From positions 34,844,001-34,908,000 of the forward strand of contig NC_043004.1 of the NCBI RefSeq assembly GCF_006345805.1: a stretch of DNA of 64,000 bases. Reading direction: 5' to 3'. The stretch is from Octopus sinensis. Lineage: Eukaryota. Both the position numbers and the translations under genes were made by a program. A model generated the notes under the pieces. It saw nothing but the letters and a program-made list of their open reading frames with translations, was not told where the DNA came from and did no database searches. This document shows positions 1-13,360 of this stretch, piece by piece. Every line of letters starts with the position of its first letter. The first letter of the stretch is position 1.

Positions 1-105
1 AGACTTACAAGGAATAAGTCCTGGGGTTGATTTGCTTGACTAAAGGCAGTGCTCCAGCATGGCCACAGTCAAAATGACTGAAACAAGTAAAAGAGTAAAG
101 AGTAA
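1..105 (+). mobile_element. SINE family A, 3' end
   Basis: Matches the 3' end of 3419-3815 (GACTAAAGG..GTGCTCCAGCATGGCC...GTAAAAGAG). Confidence 0.85.
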
Positions 106-664
106 ATCAGAAATCTCAGGCTAGCAACTCAATCTTTTTGACAAGTATAGCATACAAAGTTTTCTTATTTCACAATGTTACAAAAGTATTTTGGATTAAG
201 AAATGAGATTAAGTGACATTAATTTCATTGCCAGTAGCAAAGGTACAAAAATCAGAATCCGTTATTAAATTTCTATTGAAATGACTGATGTTGTTTGAAT
301 TAATTTTCAAAATAACGACAAGTTTAGTAAAATAACTTTGTATTTATCAAACTAGTGTTTGGAACATAAACTAACCTGAAAAAGACATTAAAATGATGAT
401 GGTGATGATGATGGTGGTGGTGGTGGTGGTGGTGGTGGTGGTGATGATGATGATCGTTTCTTGTTTAATTATGAGTTCAGCCCATTTATGCTTAAGTTAG
501 CTTAAAGAGTCCAGCTATGTTATTGGTAAATATTTTATTGAATTCACTTAGAAGATGAACCAAGTTAACCATGTCTATGATGACCAGTTTTTAGCTTACA
601 AAAAATTTCTAAGGACATTTCCTCAGATATCAACATAAATTACATTTTTTATGGTAGTGGCTGA

Positions 665-987
665 GTTCCTTCTGAATGTGGGGTCTCACGGAGGCAATGA
701 CCAAGACCTTTGACATTGTGTCATGCTTGAGAAGAAGACCCATCAAGCCGAGCAAATTTGCAGTTGTGGCAGATACTGGTGTCATGCAAATGGCACCTGT
801 GACGGTGACATGTAAAAGCACCCATTATACTCTTGTAGTAGTTGGCATTAGGAAGTGCATCCAGCCATAGAAAACCATGCCAAATCAGACTGGAGTCTGG
901 CGCAACCTTCCAGCTTGTCAGCCCTGGTCAAACCACCCAACCCATGCCAGCATGGACAATGTTAAATGATGATGATGATAATGATGA
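665..987 (+). mobile_element. RTE 3'-end fragment
   Basis: Similar to 53620-54268 and 49440-49745; ends CCATGCCAGCATGGACAATGTTAAATGATGATG. Confidence 0.8.
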
Positions 988-3418
988 AACAAGAATATTT
1001 TGTTGTCATTAATAAAGATATTTACATCCTTCAGCTTGGTATATCAAAATTACTTCAGTTGAAGTCTATAATGGCACCAACAGAGATTTTATATTCTTCA
1101 AACCCTCTTCTATACTCTCATACAGTTTTCTGTGACTTTGTTTTTGTTAAATCTAGAGGAACCATATCTAGAGAACCAGTTTTATTTCAGAACAGCTGTG
1201 TTAAGTTAAATTAACAACATCCCTTTAGAGTTTTGCTTGTTTTAGATAAACTTTAATATGTAAATAATTTTTCCTAAGTTCCCTCTTTCATGAACTATAA
1301 TTTCCCAGACCACAAAAATATTCATTTGTAGTTTATGTTGTGATATGGAAGTGACATTTAAAACTCCTCCAAGCACATTTGAATGTATCAGTCTTTTACA
1401 GATAACTTTAAGAGAAATACCTGGAGATTATGATCTGCCTTCATGAATAATGTATAATTATATCATAGACTGTTTTTGAAACACTAAGTCATACTAAGAA
1501 GAACTACAACCATGGTTCTGTAGGGCTTCTCTGGAACTGGAAAAAGAAAGGATAGAATTTATTTTCAGATGAGAGGTATGGCTCATCTACCTGCAAAAAA
1601 AGAAACCCTACTGATAACCCCCACAGGCCAGGTGAGGAGTGTTACAGAGGGTGATGGATGAAGTCCACAACACAAAATACAACCATTAATCATTCATTGG
1701 AAAACTTTGTTAAATAGCACGAAAATTCTCCTTAAAATCACAGACATTGCAGAAAAATGGTAGGAACCATTATGGTTGAAACGATGAATTCTATGCTTTG
1801 TAGACAAGACAAAAACCTGACAATTTACAACAGCAACGGTGCCGTGTTGCGTCTGTGGTATACAATGGTTGGCTAAAAAGTGATGTCACACAACACTAAA
1901 CAAAACCAATGAACAGTGTGCTTTTGAAATGAGAAGCACCAATTTCCAATTAGATTTTATTGAAATTTAACAATAATCTTCACAAAGAGAAAAACACACA
2001 GAGAACAATTAAAAAAAAATTATCCATAAGTTAGAAAAATTCAACAGAAAGTTATTGAAAATATGAGATTATAATGGATCTTATTCACAAATACATTCAC
2101 AGACATAAGCACACATTTATGGCCAGACACACATTATTTTCAGCTTTATGAGGCAATCCTTATATATTAACAGCTATTCTTTGACTAGAGTAACGCTGTA
2201 AAGTCTACCTGTATCTCTCCTGTTGTCAATTAGGTAGGCTGAAATAAGCATACTTTTTTACCTTGTCGAGGGACCACTGAAATACCTAGGTTTGAGTTTA
2301 GATCTATGTATGTGATTATTAACCCAGTACCTTAACTCTACAGCTATCGTTCAATGTAATATACATTAAAATATAGAAAATGTCTAATAAATGAAATCGC
2401 TTCATGCATATATTTAAGATATATTGCTTTAAATAATTGTTTGGATCTCGTTATGTATAAAATTAGTATTAATTGTCATCCTGAAACCCGTATCAAATAG
2501 AATTTGTTTATTGTTACAGTCAGTTCTACCATACTTTAGTCTCCAATCTATGGCAGTGAAGTCAATGTAGTCTTAAAATTATATAATTAGTTCCTTTCAC
2601 AAACAAAACCTTATCAATTTTATGCCATAATTTTGTTAAAACATGATAGTGTTAATTTAAAATGTTTTAAAGCTAAAACATTAATTAAAAATCTATTATG
2701 CTGTAAATATCAATGTGAAATTTATTCAGTATAGTGAAGATAACATTAAATCCATCATAATTATAAATATATCATGTTAATCTTTTATTATCTTCTATAA
2801 ATCTAATTATATGCGTGTATGTGTGTGTGTATGCATGTGTGTCTGTCCATAAGTCTATGTATATATCTTTATACTTGTGTGTGAACGAGTATGCACCTTT
2901 ATATTTATGTATGCATTTCTTTATATCTTTTCATTATTTTTGCTCTCTTTTGATCATACTTCCATCAATGTACAGTAATTCCCCTAAACACGTCCTTTTG
3001 TGAAAAATTGCTCATTCCTTTGTTTGAATAAAGATATATATATATGTCTATCTGTGAAAAGACAGATACATTTCCAATATGGTAGTGAGATTTGAACTTT
3101 GAATGCAGAAGTCTTGTGAAGACTAAATAGAAATGAAGCCACCAGCATGCTCAGATGGACGTGCAATAATAATGTGAATGAATTCCACAGTATAAAATAT
3201 GCTAAGATAAAAACTGGTTATAAAAGAAATCAATTGCGATGTGCAAATGAGGGGGCTGTGCTAGTACAGACATGTAATACACATGCAGAGTGAATGCTAC
3301 ACACAAAAGTACTGAATGATCCAAGTTAGTGGCAACTATGGAGGAGGGAGTCTATAGAAGCTTATCCTTTACTTATAGGGTACTCCTTTTGGGCCACTTG
3401 AATCATATTTTCTCACTA

Positions 3419-3815
3419 GACACAGGAGTGGCTGTGTGGTAAGTAGTTTGCTTACCAACCACATGGTTCTGGGTTCAGTCCCACTGTGTGGCAATTTGGA
3501 CAAGTGTCTTCTACTATAGCCTCAGGCTGACCAAAGCCTTGTGAGTGGATATGGTAGACAGAAACTGAAAGAAGCCCATCGTATATATGTATATGTATAT
3601 ATGTGTGTGTCTGTGTTTGTCCCCCCAACATCGCTTGACAACCGATGCTGGTGTGTTTACGTCCTCGTAACTTAGGGGTTCAGCAAAAGAGACCGATAGA
3701 ATAAGTACTAGGCTTACAAAGAATAGGTCCTGGGGTCGATTTGCTCGACTAAAGGTGGTGCTCCAGCATGGCTGCAGTCAAATGATTGAAACACGTAAAA
3801 GAGTAAAAGAGTAAA
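3419..3815 (+). mobile_element. tRNA-derived SINE family A (internal TA/TG microsatellite)
   Basis: A box TGGCTGTGTGG, B box GGGTTCAGTCCC, (GAGTAAAA) tail; multiple copies in the window. Confidence 0.9.
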
Positions 3816-5246
3816 CAATCAGAACTTAATAGAAAGTATTTGGGTAGCGATGTAAATAGAATAGGATTGACTTGATTTAGTTTAGTAGATTCAGAAGAAA
3901 TGATGATTTGGGCAAATTTAGATGTTGTAAAGTAAAATGACAGAATCTGTACCACATCAGGCGAAAAGCTAAGTGGCATTTCTTATTTAGTTTTAAGCTT
4001 CTTTTTCCCAATTCTGTGATTGGCCAATCATGCTAATCATGCTGTAGTTCCATGGCCAATCATGCTGTCCCTTCAATGTACTTGACTTTCTCCCATTATA
4101 TACCAGCTTCTGAAAAGAACGTTATTGTATATGTTTGTCCATCAGAGCAACATGGACCATCTAGTCACCTTTAAGAATGATGGATGACTTTCATGACTTT
4201 GTTTATAGGAGGGAAGAGTTGTGCACTCTTAGATTCACTATCTTTTCTGTGGCCATCATCAATTCAGGGGCCACAGGTCAAGAAGAATAGGATGGGAGAC
4301 AGGTGCAGCAGATGCCCAAGATTCTTGCTTGCCTCATATTGTTCACTGCACTCCACAATGCATTACTGCAGTTGCCTGCTCGTCAGTTGAAACATTAAGT
4401 TTTCTTCTACAGAATCCACCAGATCCTGTCTTCACATGCTTAAGTAGGTAAGCCCTAATGTGCTAATTAACTTGTAGCTGGAATCCTGACAGTTGCTGCT
4501 ACTTCGAATAAGATTATACCTGAGCATAATAGTGACTAAAAGGTGGTTCCACACCCCCAAAATTCTGCAACTCCTGAATCACAGCCTCACATCTTGATGC
4601 AATTTAAAGTCATACTCATGACACTCTCATTGTAATAAATATAGGAACCTAAGATTGAAAAGTCTAAGGCTGGAAATTCCTATTTAAGCTAAATGAAATT
4701 GTACTAGGGTGGATAGATACGTTACGGATATAATTTAAGATTTCTTCAGTTTTACTGTGTGAGTAATAAACAGTTAGATTAATACTGATATCAAGGAAAT
4801 TAACCTTACAGAGATTTGTCTCTATGGCAACTTACAATTCTTAATTCTTAAAGTGCTGGTTGGCTTGTTACAAGTTATAAACATAGTAGTCTTCAATGTC
4901 TAATTGTAGAAATTTAAAACTGTGCTGATTAGGAAGAGATTTGAACTATTAAATGAGAGCATGCATCCTGTTCCATAATATAAAAGATAAATTACCATTT
5001 GAAATAAAGTTGTTGAATAATGTTTATTGATTTTTTCTCCGAAGCCAATCTCAGGGTATCAATTACTATAACAGAGAGAATGTTTTCAAAATTCACTTAA
5101 TGATCTATAAATAAAAAAAACAAGTTTATTTCAGTGTGAGAAGTTTGCTTTGCCAACTATTTAGATGTATACCAAAGTATTTGTTGGTGTCAATTGTTAA
5201 TGTCATTTAGATGTTTCAGTTAATTTTTTTTTTTTTTTTTTTGTAG

Positions 5247-5273
5247 ATGTTTTAGAAAAAGCAGGTGACATAT
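5247..5273 (+). CDS. Candidate 27-nt frame-preserving microexon of an unidentified host gene
   Basis: T19-GTAG acceptor and GTAAGT donor; only the phase-1 frame is open (xAT GTT TTA GAA AAA GCA GGT GAC ATA T = [D/N/H/Y]VLEKAGDI). Confidence 0.4.
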
Positions 5274-5689
5274 GTAAGTAATATGGTTCCAGTTTGAGAT
5301 TTTCCTCTGAATGATGTTTGGAATTTTTCATGTATTTTCTTGTTAATATCCTCTTCGAGTTATTTCATATGTTACAAAATTTAATACTGATGCTTAAAAA
5401 GTATATAAGGTGTTCAGGTTAATTTGATGAATTTTTTTATTGTCTCCTTTTTTTTTCAAAAATTGCTTGATGTATTGGTGAAGTGTGAACAGTATTGGAG
5501 AGCATAAAGATTAAGGTTTCAGTTGAGAAAAGTCAGCTGAGATGGTTGACTGTAAGCCAACTGAAAATTGGAAAAGAGTTACCTGTATCATGTTGATTTG
5601 CAATGAGTATCAAAATGCCAGCCTCATAACTACTGCCCAATGCTGTGTGAAATGGAGTATGTCTCCAGTGAGTATGATGCTATGCTGAC

Positions 5690-6130
5690 CCAAATCTTTA
5701 AGCATGGCTTGTGACACTGTTGAAGACTGTAGTTTAACTCTTGCTGGAGAAGGTTGCTACTGGAGGGTCATATGTGTAACAGCAGGACTTGGTTCCTTGC
5801 CACACCTCAACAAAGAGTAAGAGGTGATGTTTCAGGGAATTTCTACAGCTTCATCAGTTCTAATTTCTGGCCTCTAAATATTCTTCAATGTAATCCCATG
5901 GGTTACCATGAGGGAAGCACAGTTGAGAAAGACATCAACTGCTCTACTTGCAGCACTAAGGCCAAGATGGAGTTTTTCAAAGATCTTGCTGGGGATACAT
6001 TGAGGAAAGCATGTGCCAAGGTTCTGGAACCATCTTGATGTTGTGGTGGAAGCTAAGGGCAGCTGCTCTGAGTCAACTGTTATCTCCCAACTATAATCTA
6101 GTTGATAATTTTTCATTTTTTAAAACACAT
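5690..6130 (+). mobile_element. Tc1/mariner (DD37D-like) transposase C-terminal remnant
   Basis: QQDLVPCHTS, FWPLNILQCNPMGY (WPPxSPDxNPxD-like), LRKACA..FWNHLDVVVEAKG. Confidence 0.7.
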
Positions 6131-7717
6131 TAATTTTTCAATGAGATAATGTTTTCTTCTTTTATGCAAACTGTCAAATTTAGCTTGAATACCCTGTAAA
6201 TCATTTCTAAAATGTAATAAAAGCATGTCAGCATTTTAAAATTTGAATCCATATTTGAAGATGTCATCTCGGTTAGTTTCTTGGTTATCAAATTCAAAAA
6301 TACACTACCTTCATCTTTTGATCGAAATGTCTTTTGCATTTGACAAACGTACAATTTTCCAGGGGAAAACAGGAACATTTGGGGAATAAAAGAATTCACT
6401 GTGTCTGCATTGTTATTTTTGTCATAGTAAAGAACTCAACTAGTGGTTCTTAGTTTTACAATATTTCTCTTTGAAGAAGCAAGAGTATTTAGAAACTAAA
6501 TTAAGTAATGAATATTTCAATTAGTAGAGTTAAGTATATTAACTTGTAGTAAGGCTTCTGCTGAGTTTTGAGCCACCATTCTCAGGATCACAACTTGTCA
6601 TACTACCATAAAATACAATGCATTGCCATAAAAACATTAATGCCTTCACAAATATGGCCCAACAAATCAGCTTTGGCTGACTTGTTAAGGTTGATGGGAT
6701 GAACTTCAAAAGGAGGTATGCAAGTTTTCCCACTAAAAAAGCTTGAATGAAGGTTCTGGAAACTTTTGCTGATGGTTGTAAAAAGCTGGCAAATTCAACC
6801 TTAGACTAGAGAGCTACCCAGCTGTCCACATGGAGCTATATCACTTTCCTCTGTGAGTTGGCCTCTTGACATCTTTTACAATATTTTATGTAAAATATTT
6901 TTATGTCATATTCGATAAACGGTATCAACCTTGGATTATGATGCTGAATAATGTGTATATTACTCACATGAAATAGTTCTAATTCTTTCTACTTATCTCA
7001 TCTTCAGGAACTATGAACTATTTTCATATTATCTAGCATGTTGTATTATTGAAGAATTTTAACTATTGCATCTGTAATCTCATAATTGCTGTCCCATTTC
7101 ATCAAATATATGTACACATGCAAAAATATTTAAACACTCAAATAAATATTAGTGTAGTCATTATTGTTTACCATGTAGCAATCATCTTAAAATTGTGAAA
7201 CACTAACGAGAAGTTAATGATTAAAGAACAAATCAACAATTTATAAGTTTACATGTTTGTAAACTTCTGTGAATCAATTTGATCCCTTCTGAAATTAATG
7301 GAATAAAATTTACATGTAGGCTATAAACACGAAGAAGAAGGAAGGAAAGAAATTAAATAATGTACTCACAAATGGACTGATGCACGTATTATTGAGAATG
7401 TACTTATATGAGTATATACGCATATGTATATATGCATCTATGTTATTCAAATTTCTGTATTAGTGTCTGAGTACAAATATAGCTGCATTTGTTTACTTTT
7501 AACAAGGTTAACCTATATATTCTTGTGTGTATGTGCTTCCATACTTATATGTTCAATTTCTGTTTGCACACTTTCTTGTGTGTCTCAGTGTCTGGTTTGC
7601 ATCATGTTGCATTCATCAACCTGGGCATTCACCTATAAATATGTTCATATATGTGTGTGCATATGTGCATGCACATGCAGACACACACACAAACACAAGT
7701 ATGTATATATACATATG

Positions 7718-8038
7718 TGGAGGCGCAATGGCCCAGTAGTTAGGGCAGCAGAATCGCAGTCGGAGGATAGCGATTTCGATTCCCAGACCGGACGTTGTGT
7801 GTGTTTATTGAGTGTAAACACCTAAAGCTCCACAAGGCTCCGGCAAAGGGTGGGGGTGGCGACCCCTATTGTATTCTTTCGCCCCAACTTTCTCTCACTC
7901 TTTGTTCCTGTTCCTTGAGTAACGCTGTGATAGACTGGCATCCCGTCCAGATGGGGTGAACACATATGCCACAGAAACTGGGAAACCGGGCCCATGAGCT
8001 GGGCTAAGCTTAAAAAGGGCGCATAAATAAAATAAAAA
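7718..8038 (+). mobile_element. tRNA-derived SINE family C
   Basis: A box TGGCCCAGTAGTT, B-box-like TTCGATTCCC, A-rich tail; partial reverse copy at ~20430-20620. Confidence 0.8.
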
Positions 8039-8107
8039 GTAAATATATACATATACATATGTATGTATATATATGCGTATGTATGTATATGCATATATAT
8101 ATATAAA

Positions 8108-8352
8108 CAGGGTGCATTGGGTAAATTGCTGTCATTTTATATTTTTAATTTCATGCATGAGCATTGTTTGTTTTTGATTTTGTTGACTACACAGTATAGT
8201 AGGGTCAGTTGGGCACTGTCTATGAGGAACACAACACTATGATGCAATTCATGCTGCTAGAAATTTGGAAATGACAAGTTGCACTGCTTGGCATTCTTGC
8301 CAGAAGCTCCAATATGAACATTTTAGAGTGTTTGGGTGTCAGTCTGAGGACA
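8108..8352 (+). mobile_element. Probable 5' end of a Tc1/mariner element
   Basis: Starts CAGGGTG just after TA repeats; decayed HTH-like N-terminus LLGILARSSNMNILECLGVSLRT. Confidence 0.45.
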
Positions 8353-9099
8353 TGTACTCAGAGTAAACAAATGTCTAGAGTAGAAAAGAATATTAAAAAT
8401 CAAAGCCACATAATTAAGTAAGGTACATATGGTGTGAAGTTATTGTCTTTCTTATTACACCAACAAATAAAAGATGTATACTCCTTTCTGCTCTAGGCAC
8501 AAGGCCTGAAATTTTAGGGTATGGAGATAATGGATTACATTGATCCCTGTGCTCAGCTGGTACTTATTTTATCAGCCCCAAAATGATGAAAAACAGCATC
8601 GACCTCAGTGGAATTTGAACTCAGAACACAAAAGCAGATGAAATGTCACTCAACATTTTGCCTGATGTGCTAATGATTCTGCCTGCTTGTAGAGATTAGA
8701 ATAAACTTTTGGCATTATTCATTCACCATTATATGCTTTGTTTGCTAATAAGAATTACAAAATTGTACGAATGGGAGAAACATGTAATATATCTCCTATC
8801 AGTAAATGAAACACATGTAATGGTGAATAAATTCTACCAAAACCTCTTTCCAATCTCTTGTTTTGATATGTAATTACACAGCAAAGAATATTTCCCAGTA
8901 TTTTTCAACTCTTGTGCATAGATCATTTGAATATAGCATCTACATACGATTTTGAAGTACTGGAATAAGAAGAAGTGCTTCATAAGGACTTGAATTATAT
9001 TCCTAACTACATACGTATATATATACTTATATATCTCACTGCTATTTTCGTCTCTTCCCTGCTCCAATAGACTTTCTGATTGTCCTAAACTATACATAC

Positions 9100-9256
9100 A
9101 TGTATATACACATATATATATATATATATATATATAAAGGAATGCATTCTGATGATATCAAGAATTAATCCTGTCGATGATCTGATGATGCCAAGATGAT
9201 ATGTGTGTGTGTGTGTAAGTACATGAGTAGCTGTACATATGTGTGTGTGTTTAAGT

Positions 9257-9292
<36 letters not shown>

Positions 9293-9409
9293 GAATGCAT
9301 TCTGATGATATCAAGAATTAATCCTGTCGATGATCTGATGATGCCAAGATGATATGTGTGTGTGTGTGTAAGTACATGAGTAGCTGTACATATGTGTGTG
9401 TGTTTAAGT

Positions 9410-9440
<31 letters not shown>
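9100..9440. repeat. ~152-bp near-perfect tandem duplication bounded by (TA)n
   Basis: AAAGGAATGCATTCTGATGATATC...GTTTAAGTATAC occurs at ~9136 and ~9288. Confidence 0.9.
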
Positions 9441-9496
9441 CAAAACATGTTTATCTATATCAATAGAAATACATGTACACACACACACACATGCAT

Positions 9497-9750
9497 TGTG
9501 AAAGGTAGGAGAGTCCAGTTTGCTGGACATTGTTGTAGAGCTGAAAAAGAGGTAATTTCTACTCTTCTCCTCTGGAAGCCATCTACTCGCAATACCAGAG
9601 GGCACACACTCTCCTACCCTGATGTAATCTCCAGGGATACAGGCATCCAGCAACAGGACCTCTGTAATGCCATGATGGACCATGAAGTCTGGCGTAACAT
9701 AGAAAATTCTATTGTCTCGACCACGGTCGAACAATGATGATGATGATGAT
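9497..9750 (+). mobile_element. 5'-truncated RTE-type LINE (second family) 3' end
   Basis: GRRVQFAGHCCRAEKE...AMMDHEVWR, ending in a stop followed by a (TGA)n tail. Confidence 0.8.
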
Positions 9751-10547
9751 GTAGGTATGCATGTATAAGCTGAAATCTTCAAAATCCATTCATTTACATA
9801 CATACATTTTATACTTGCATAGTAAGTAGGTCATTAGTTTTTATATACATTAACAGACACATTTATAATTTATAGGTAACCCTGTATACACACATATCCA
9901 TAAAGGTGCTGTATGTTGTAGCAGTAAAATCTTTAAGATCAACAACAACACCGACCAGCTTCCCCACCACCAACATCACCTCCACACTGCAAGTCTATGT
10001 TAATGTGTTTGTAGATAACATACTTTCCTATACAGTAATAAGTAATTTTATTCCTTTTATGGTCATAATAAAATTTAGAAAAAGAGACCTGTTGGCATAA
10101 AGTAATTGATCATAAATTATGAAGGACGGAAGATAATTATTGTGAGGAGACATTCCAACTGAAACACTGACACAACAACTGTCTTGTGTGATTAGTGAAG
10201 TGTTTGCTTCTATTTACTTCTAGATTAGCATTGCTTCAATAGATTTATACTCAGTGTCCAGCCATGATCATCTATTGTTAATTTCTTACAAAGGATAATG
10301 TAATCTTTATTTTTAAACGTGGCTGGTTATGATTCGAGAGGCATTTGGTTGCTATTTTAAGCAGACTGAGTGGCTCTCTAGAGGCTACACGATTTATACG
10401 ATAATGCAGTGACTTGAAAGGATGTTATTATCCAGCTGCAGTGTAATGGATGCCATAGAAATACTGTTGTCATCACAGAGGTCACAGCAGGTCACTCAAG
10501 AAAGAAAGCAATTTTCTGTAATATTCATGCTTTATCGAGATCATTAA

Positions 10548-10780
10548 TTAACCCTTTTGTTACCATTTTTCTGTTGAAATATGCTGATTTTGTTTCAATT
10601 AATTTTGAAAATAATGAAGGATTTACTGAAATTGTGTTGTCGTTGTGAAAATGGAATTTGAGACATGAATTAACATGGAATTTTTATGGAAGATTTTAAT
10701 CCAAACCCTTTCAAAACAAGGGGCTTATATCATAGAACTAGAATGGTCTCAAGCAAGTTGGCTTTCACCAAGAACTGAAG
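10548..10780. mobile_element. Second TTAA/CCC-ended MITE family (decayed)
   Basis: Starts TTAACCCTTTTGTTACC. Related sequence at ~255-390, ~20640-20860 (ends AAAAGGGTTAA) and ~34977-35203 (opposite orientation). Confidence 0.55.
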
Positions 10781-10915
10781 CTGTATCCTACATTTCGTCC
10801 ATTGAAAGCTTAAACCATATCACTTCTCCTTTTCACTCTATATGTGAAAAGAGAGAAGTGATATTTTGCTTATAGAGGCAGAAACCCTTAAACTTAGTCT
10901 GTCTGACTTTAAATT

Positions 10916-11112
10916 CATCATCATCATCATCATCATCATCATTTAGTGTCCGCTTTCCATGCTAGCATGGGTTGGACGGTTCAACTGGGGTCTGTGAAGC
11001 TGGAAGGCTTCGTCAGGCCCAGTCAGATCTGGCAGTGTTTCTACGGCTGGATGCCCTTCCTAACGCCAACCACTCCGTGAGTGTAGTGGGTGCTTTTTAC
11101 GTGCCACCTGCA
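10916..11112 (-). mobile_element. RTE 3'-end fragment
   Basis: (CAT)n followed by TTTAGTGTCCGCTTTCCATGCTAGCATGGGTTGGACGG. Confidence 0.8.
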
Positions 11113-11686
11113 CTTTAAAAATCTCATTCTCGCTGTTTTTCTTTTTCATATTTTTATTCATTCTCAGTAGTATAACTCTCACCTTCCTTAAAATGTAGGA
11201 TTGTTCTAACACCCACTTCAGTATACTTATTAAAACCAGTAAAGACACGACCACCTCTGACCAGTTCTGATGTACTCCCACACTTCTCTTTACTTATAGT
11301 GACTAGGTTATTCCATTTGTCACGTGGGAGGGGTGTACAATTATTACTAATTCTCTACAACATCTCCCCTTTTAAGGTTTTCGTAGGAAGTGTCATTCTA
11401 TTTAGGAATAATTTTTTTTATTCACCCCAACTCCCATTTTCAGTTTTTTTTTTTCCGTACAATCTAATATTTTTTGCAGTTGGCATATATTTTCGGGAAC
11501 TTTTATAAGTTTTCTTTTCCTTTCACTTGTCTGCCTGGCTTTAATCATCCGCTGTGACATTGGTACTTGGAACGTATCGTACAATCATTCCAGCAGTTCC
11601 TCCAACTTCTTTGGTTTGCTTTCCACGAATCTTTTTCCCAGTTCATTCCTGTGTCTCTTTTGAATGCCTTTTCTACTTTTTACCCA

Positions 11687-12290
11687 TTATATCATTTTAC
11701 TTATGCATTTGGTAATTATGCCTTCTTCCCAACTTTGCTTTCCATTCTTGTATGCCTTCATATACACCTTTTCACCAACTTTAAAGAGTTTTGCTATGTC
11801 TTCCCTGGCAATTTTTGTCTTCTTGCCAGGGAGCAATTTATCAAAGACTGATTTTACTTTCCTTGCAAACATTAACGCCATTGTTGATCTACCTGCTGGT
11901 GCATTCAGATTTGGTATCACATGGTACACTCTTAGAAATTGTTGTAGAGCTACTACATCTGTGACTTCCTTAATTGATTTCCTAAGGGCTCTCTTGAAGG
12001 TATCGACAAAGCATTCTGCCTGTCTGTTAGATCTGGAATAGTTTGGAGCAGTAGTTACATGTTCTACCATGAACTTTTCACAAAATTTTAAAAATCAATA
12101 GGTACAGATTGTTTTCCATTGTCGCCAAATCTTGCAAACAATTTGTGTAAAACATTTACCACAGTTGAGGAGGTTGGTTTTTCACACCATTTCGAAAAAC
12201 TATCAGTAGTAAGAACCATTTAAAGGACCAGCAGCATCACTGTGTATTGTCAACCATGGAACATCTATTTTTAAACAATATTTACTTTTT
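11687..12290 (-). pseudogene. Integrase remnant of the gypsy element
   Basis: DVPWLTIHSDAAGPLNGS (PWxRIHIDFAGP-like) and TAPNYSRSNRQAECFVDTFKRAL (integrase core motif). Confidence 0.8.
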
Positions 12291-12429
12291 ATCATGGGTA
12301 ATTTTTCATTTCATTTTGGCTTACATACAGGTGTTCCACTCTATTTTACTGCAATCTTTGTTTCAGTCCCTCAGCCAAACTCCAACCTTCAACTGATCCA
12401 ACTATATTTCCACACAGAACACCAATGGC

Positions 12430-12710
12430 CGAATTCCACAATTTGAACAGTTCCATCCATTCTGTGCTGAATAAATTAAGTGAACTTTTAACACATATAT
12501 CTTTTTGCTTGACTTCAAAATGATACCCTACATATGAATTCACCGAAAAATATAATCCCTTTCCTGTAACACCTTTTTCGATTTAATTAACCTTGACTAA
12601 ACAACATATTTCCAAGTTTTTACTTTTATAATGGTGATGTCACTTCCAGTGTCCAACTGCATTTTAACACTTGTATTTCTGATTTTCACCTTCACAAATT
12701 TCCTCATTGT
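12430..12710 (-). pseudogene. Aspartic protease remnant of the gypsy element
   Basis: Minus strand ~12630-12668 translates VKMQLDTGSDITI (DTG motif); NLFSTEWMELF follows downstream. Confidence 0.7.
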
Positions 12711-12817
12711 TATATTACCAATTTCTTCCAATGACATACTATTTATTCTTTGTCCTTTGTTCTGATGTTTTGTCATCTTTATATGTCCTATATTTCCACA
12801 AAGAAATCACTCCACTT

Positions 12818-13360
12818 TTATTTCCTCGGGTGTATACTTTCACATGCAAAACATTGGTTTATTTCCCGATTTTTATTGTGTTTTTTAGAAAATAGTTTAT
12901 TCTGATTATTTTGCACTAGCTGTACTTGGAAGAAATCTTTATCTTCAATTTCTTCTATGTCATGTCTTAATTTAACTATCCTTTCACATTCTTTTGACAC
13001 TTGCTGCAGGGTTACATCCTGGTTTTGTTCCAGCTTTGCAAGAATTCTCGTTCTAATTTCTGCATCCTTTTTGGCAGTATGTCCCAGTGTAAAAGTCAGG
13101 CATTTGAACAGATCTGGGGTTGATTCATCCAGCTTTAACTTCTTGCATTCCCTGTTTCCTCTACCAGAACATGTGCTGTTGTCCTCATCGTTGTTTTTCT
13201 CTGTGTTCAGTCTCTTCCAATGTCTGTTGAACAATGTACATTTTTCACTGAAAATTTTACACATTATATCTATTGTGTCATTAAAGTTTATGTCCCAAGG
13301 TTTTCTTGAGAGTACATAATCACTGTATTGTCCATGTTCTGTTGCTGCCAGTTTTCTCAA
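12818..13360 (-). pseudogene. gag: gag remnant of the gypsy element
   Basis: ORF ...DAEIRTRILAKLEQNQDVTLQQ... with a decayed zinc knuckle CFACESIH; upstream part frameshifted. Confidence 0.7.

Noticed and set aside
9147-9190. Paired CTGATGA motifs as a hammerhead or C/D snoRNA
   Set aside because: No GAAA or stems for a hammerhead; spacing too short and no terminal stem for a snoRNA.
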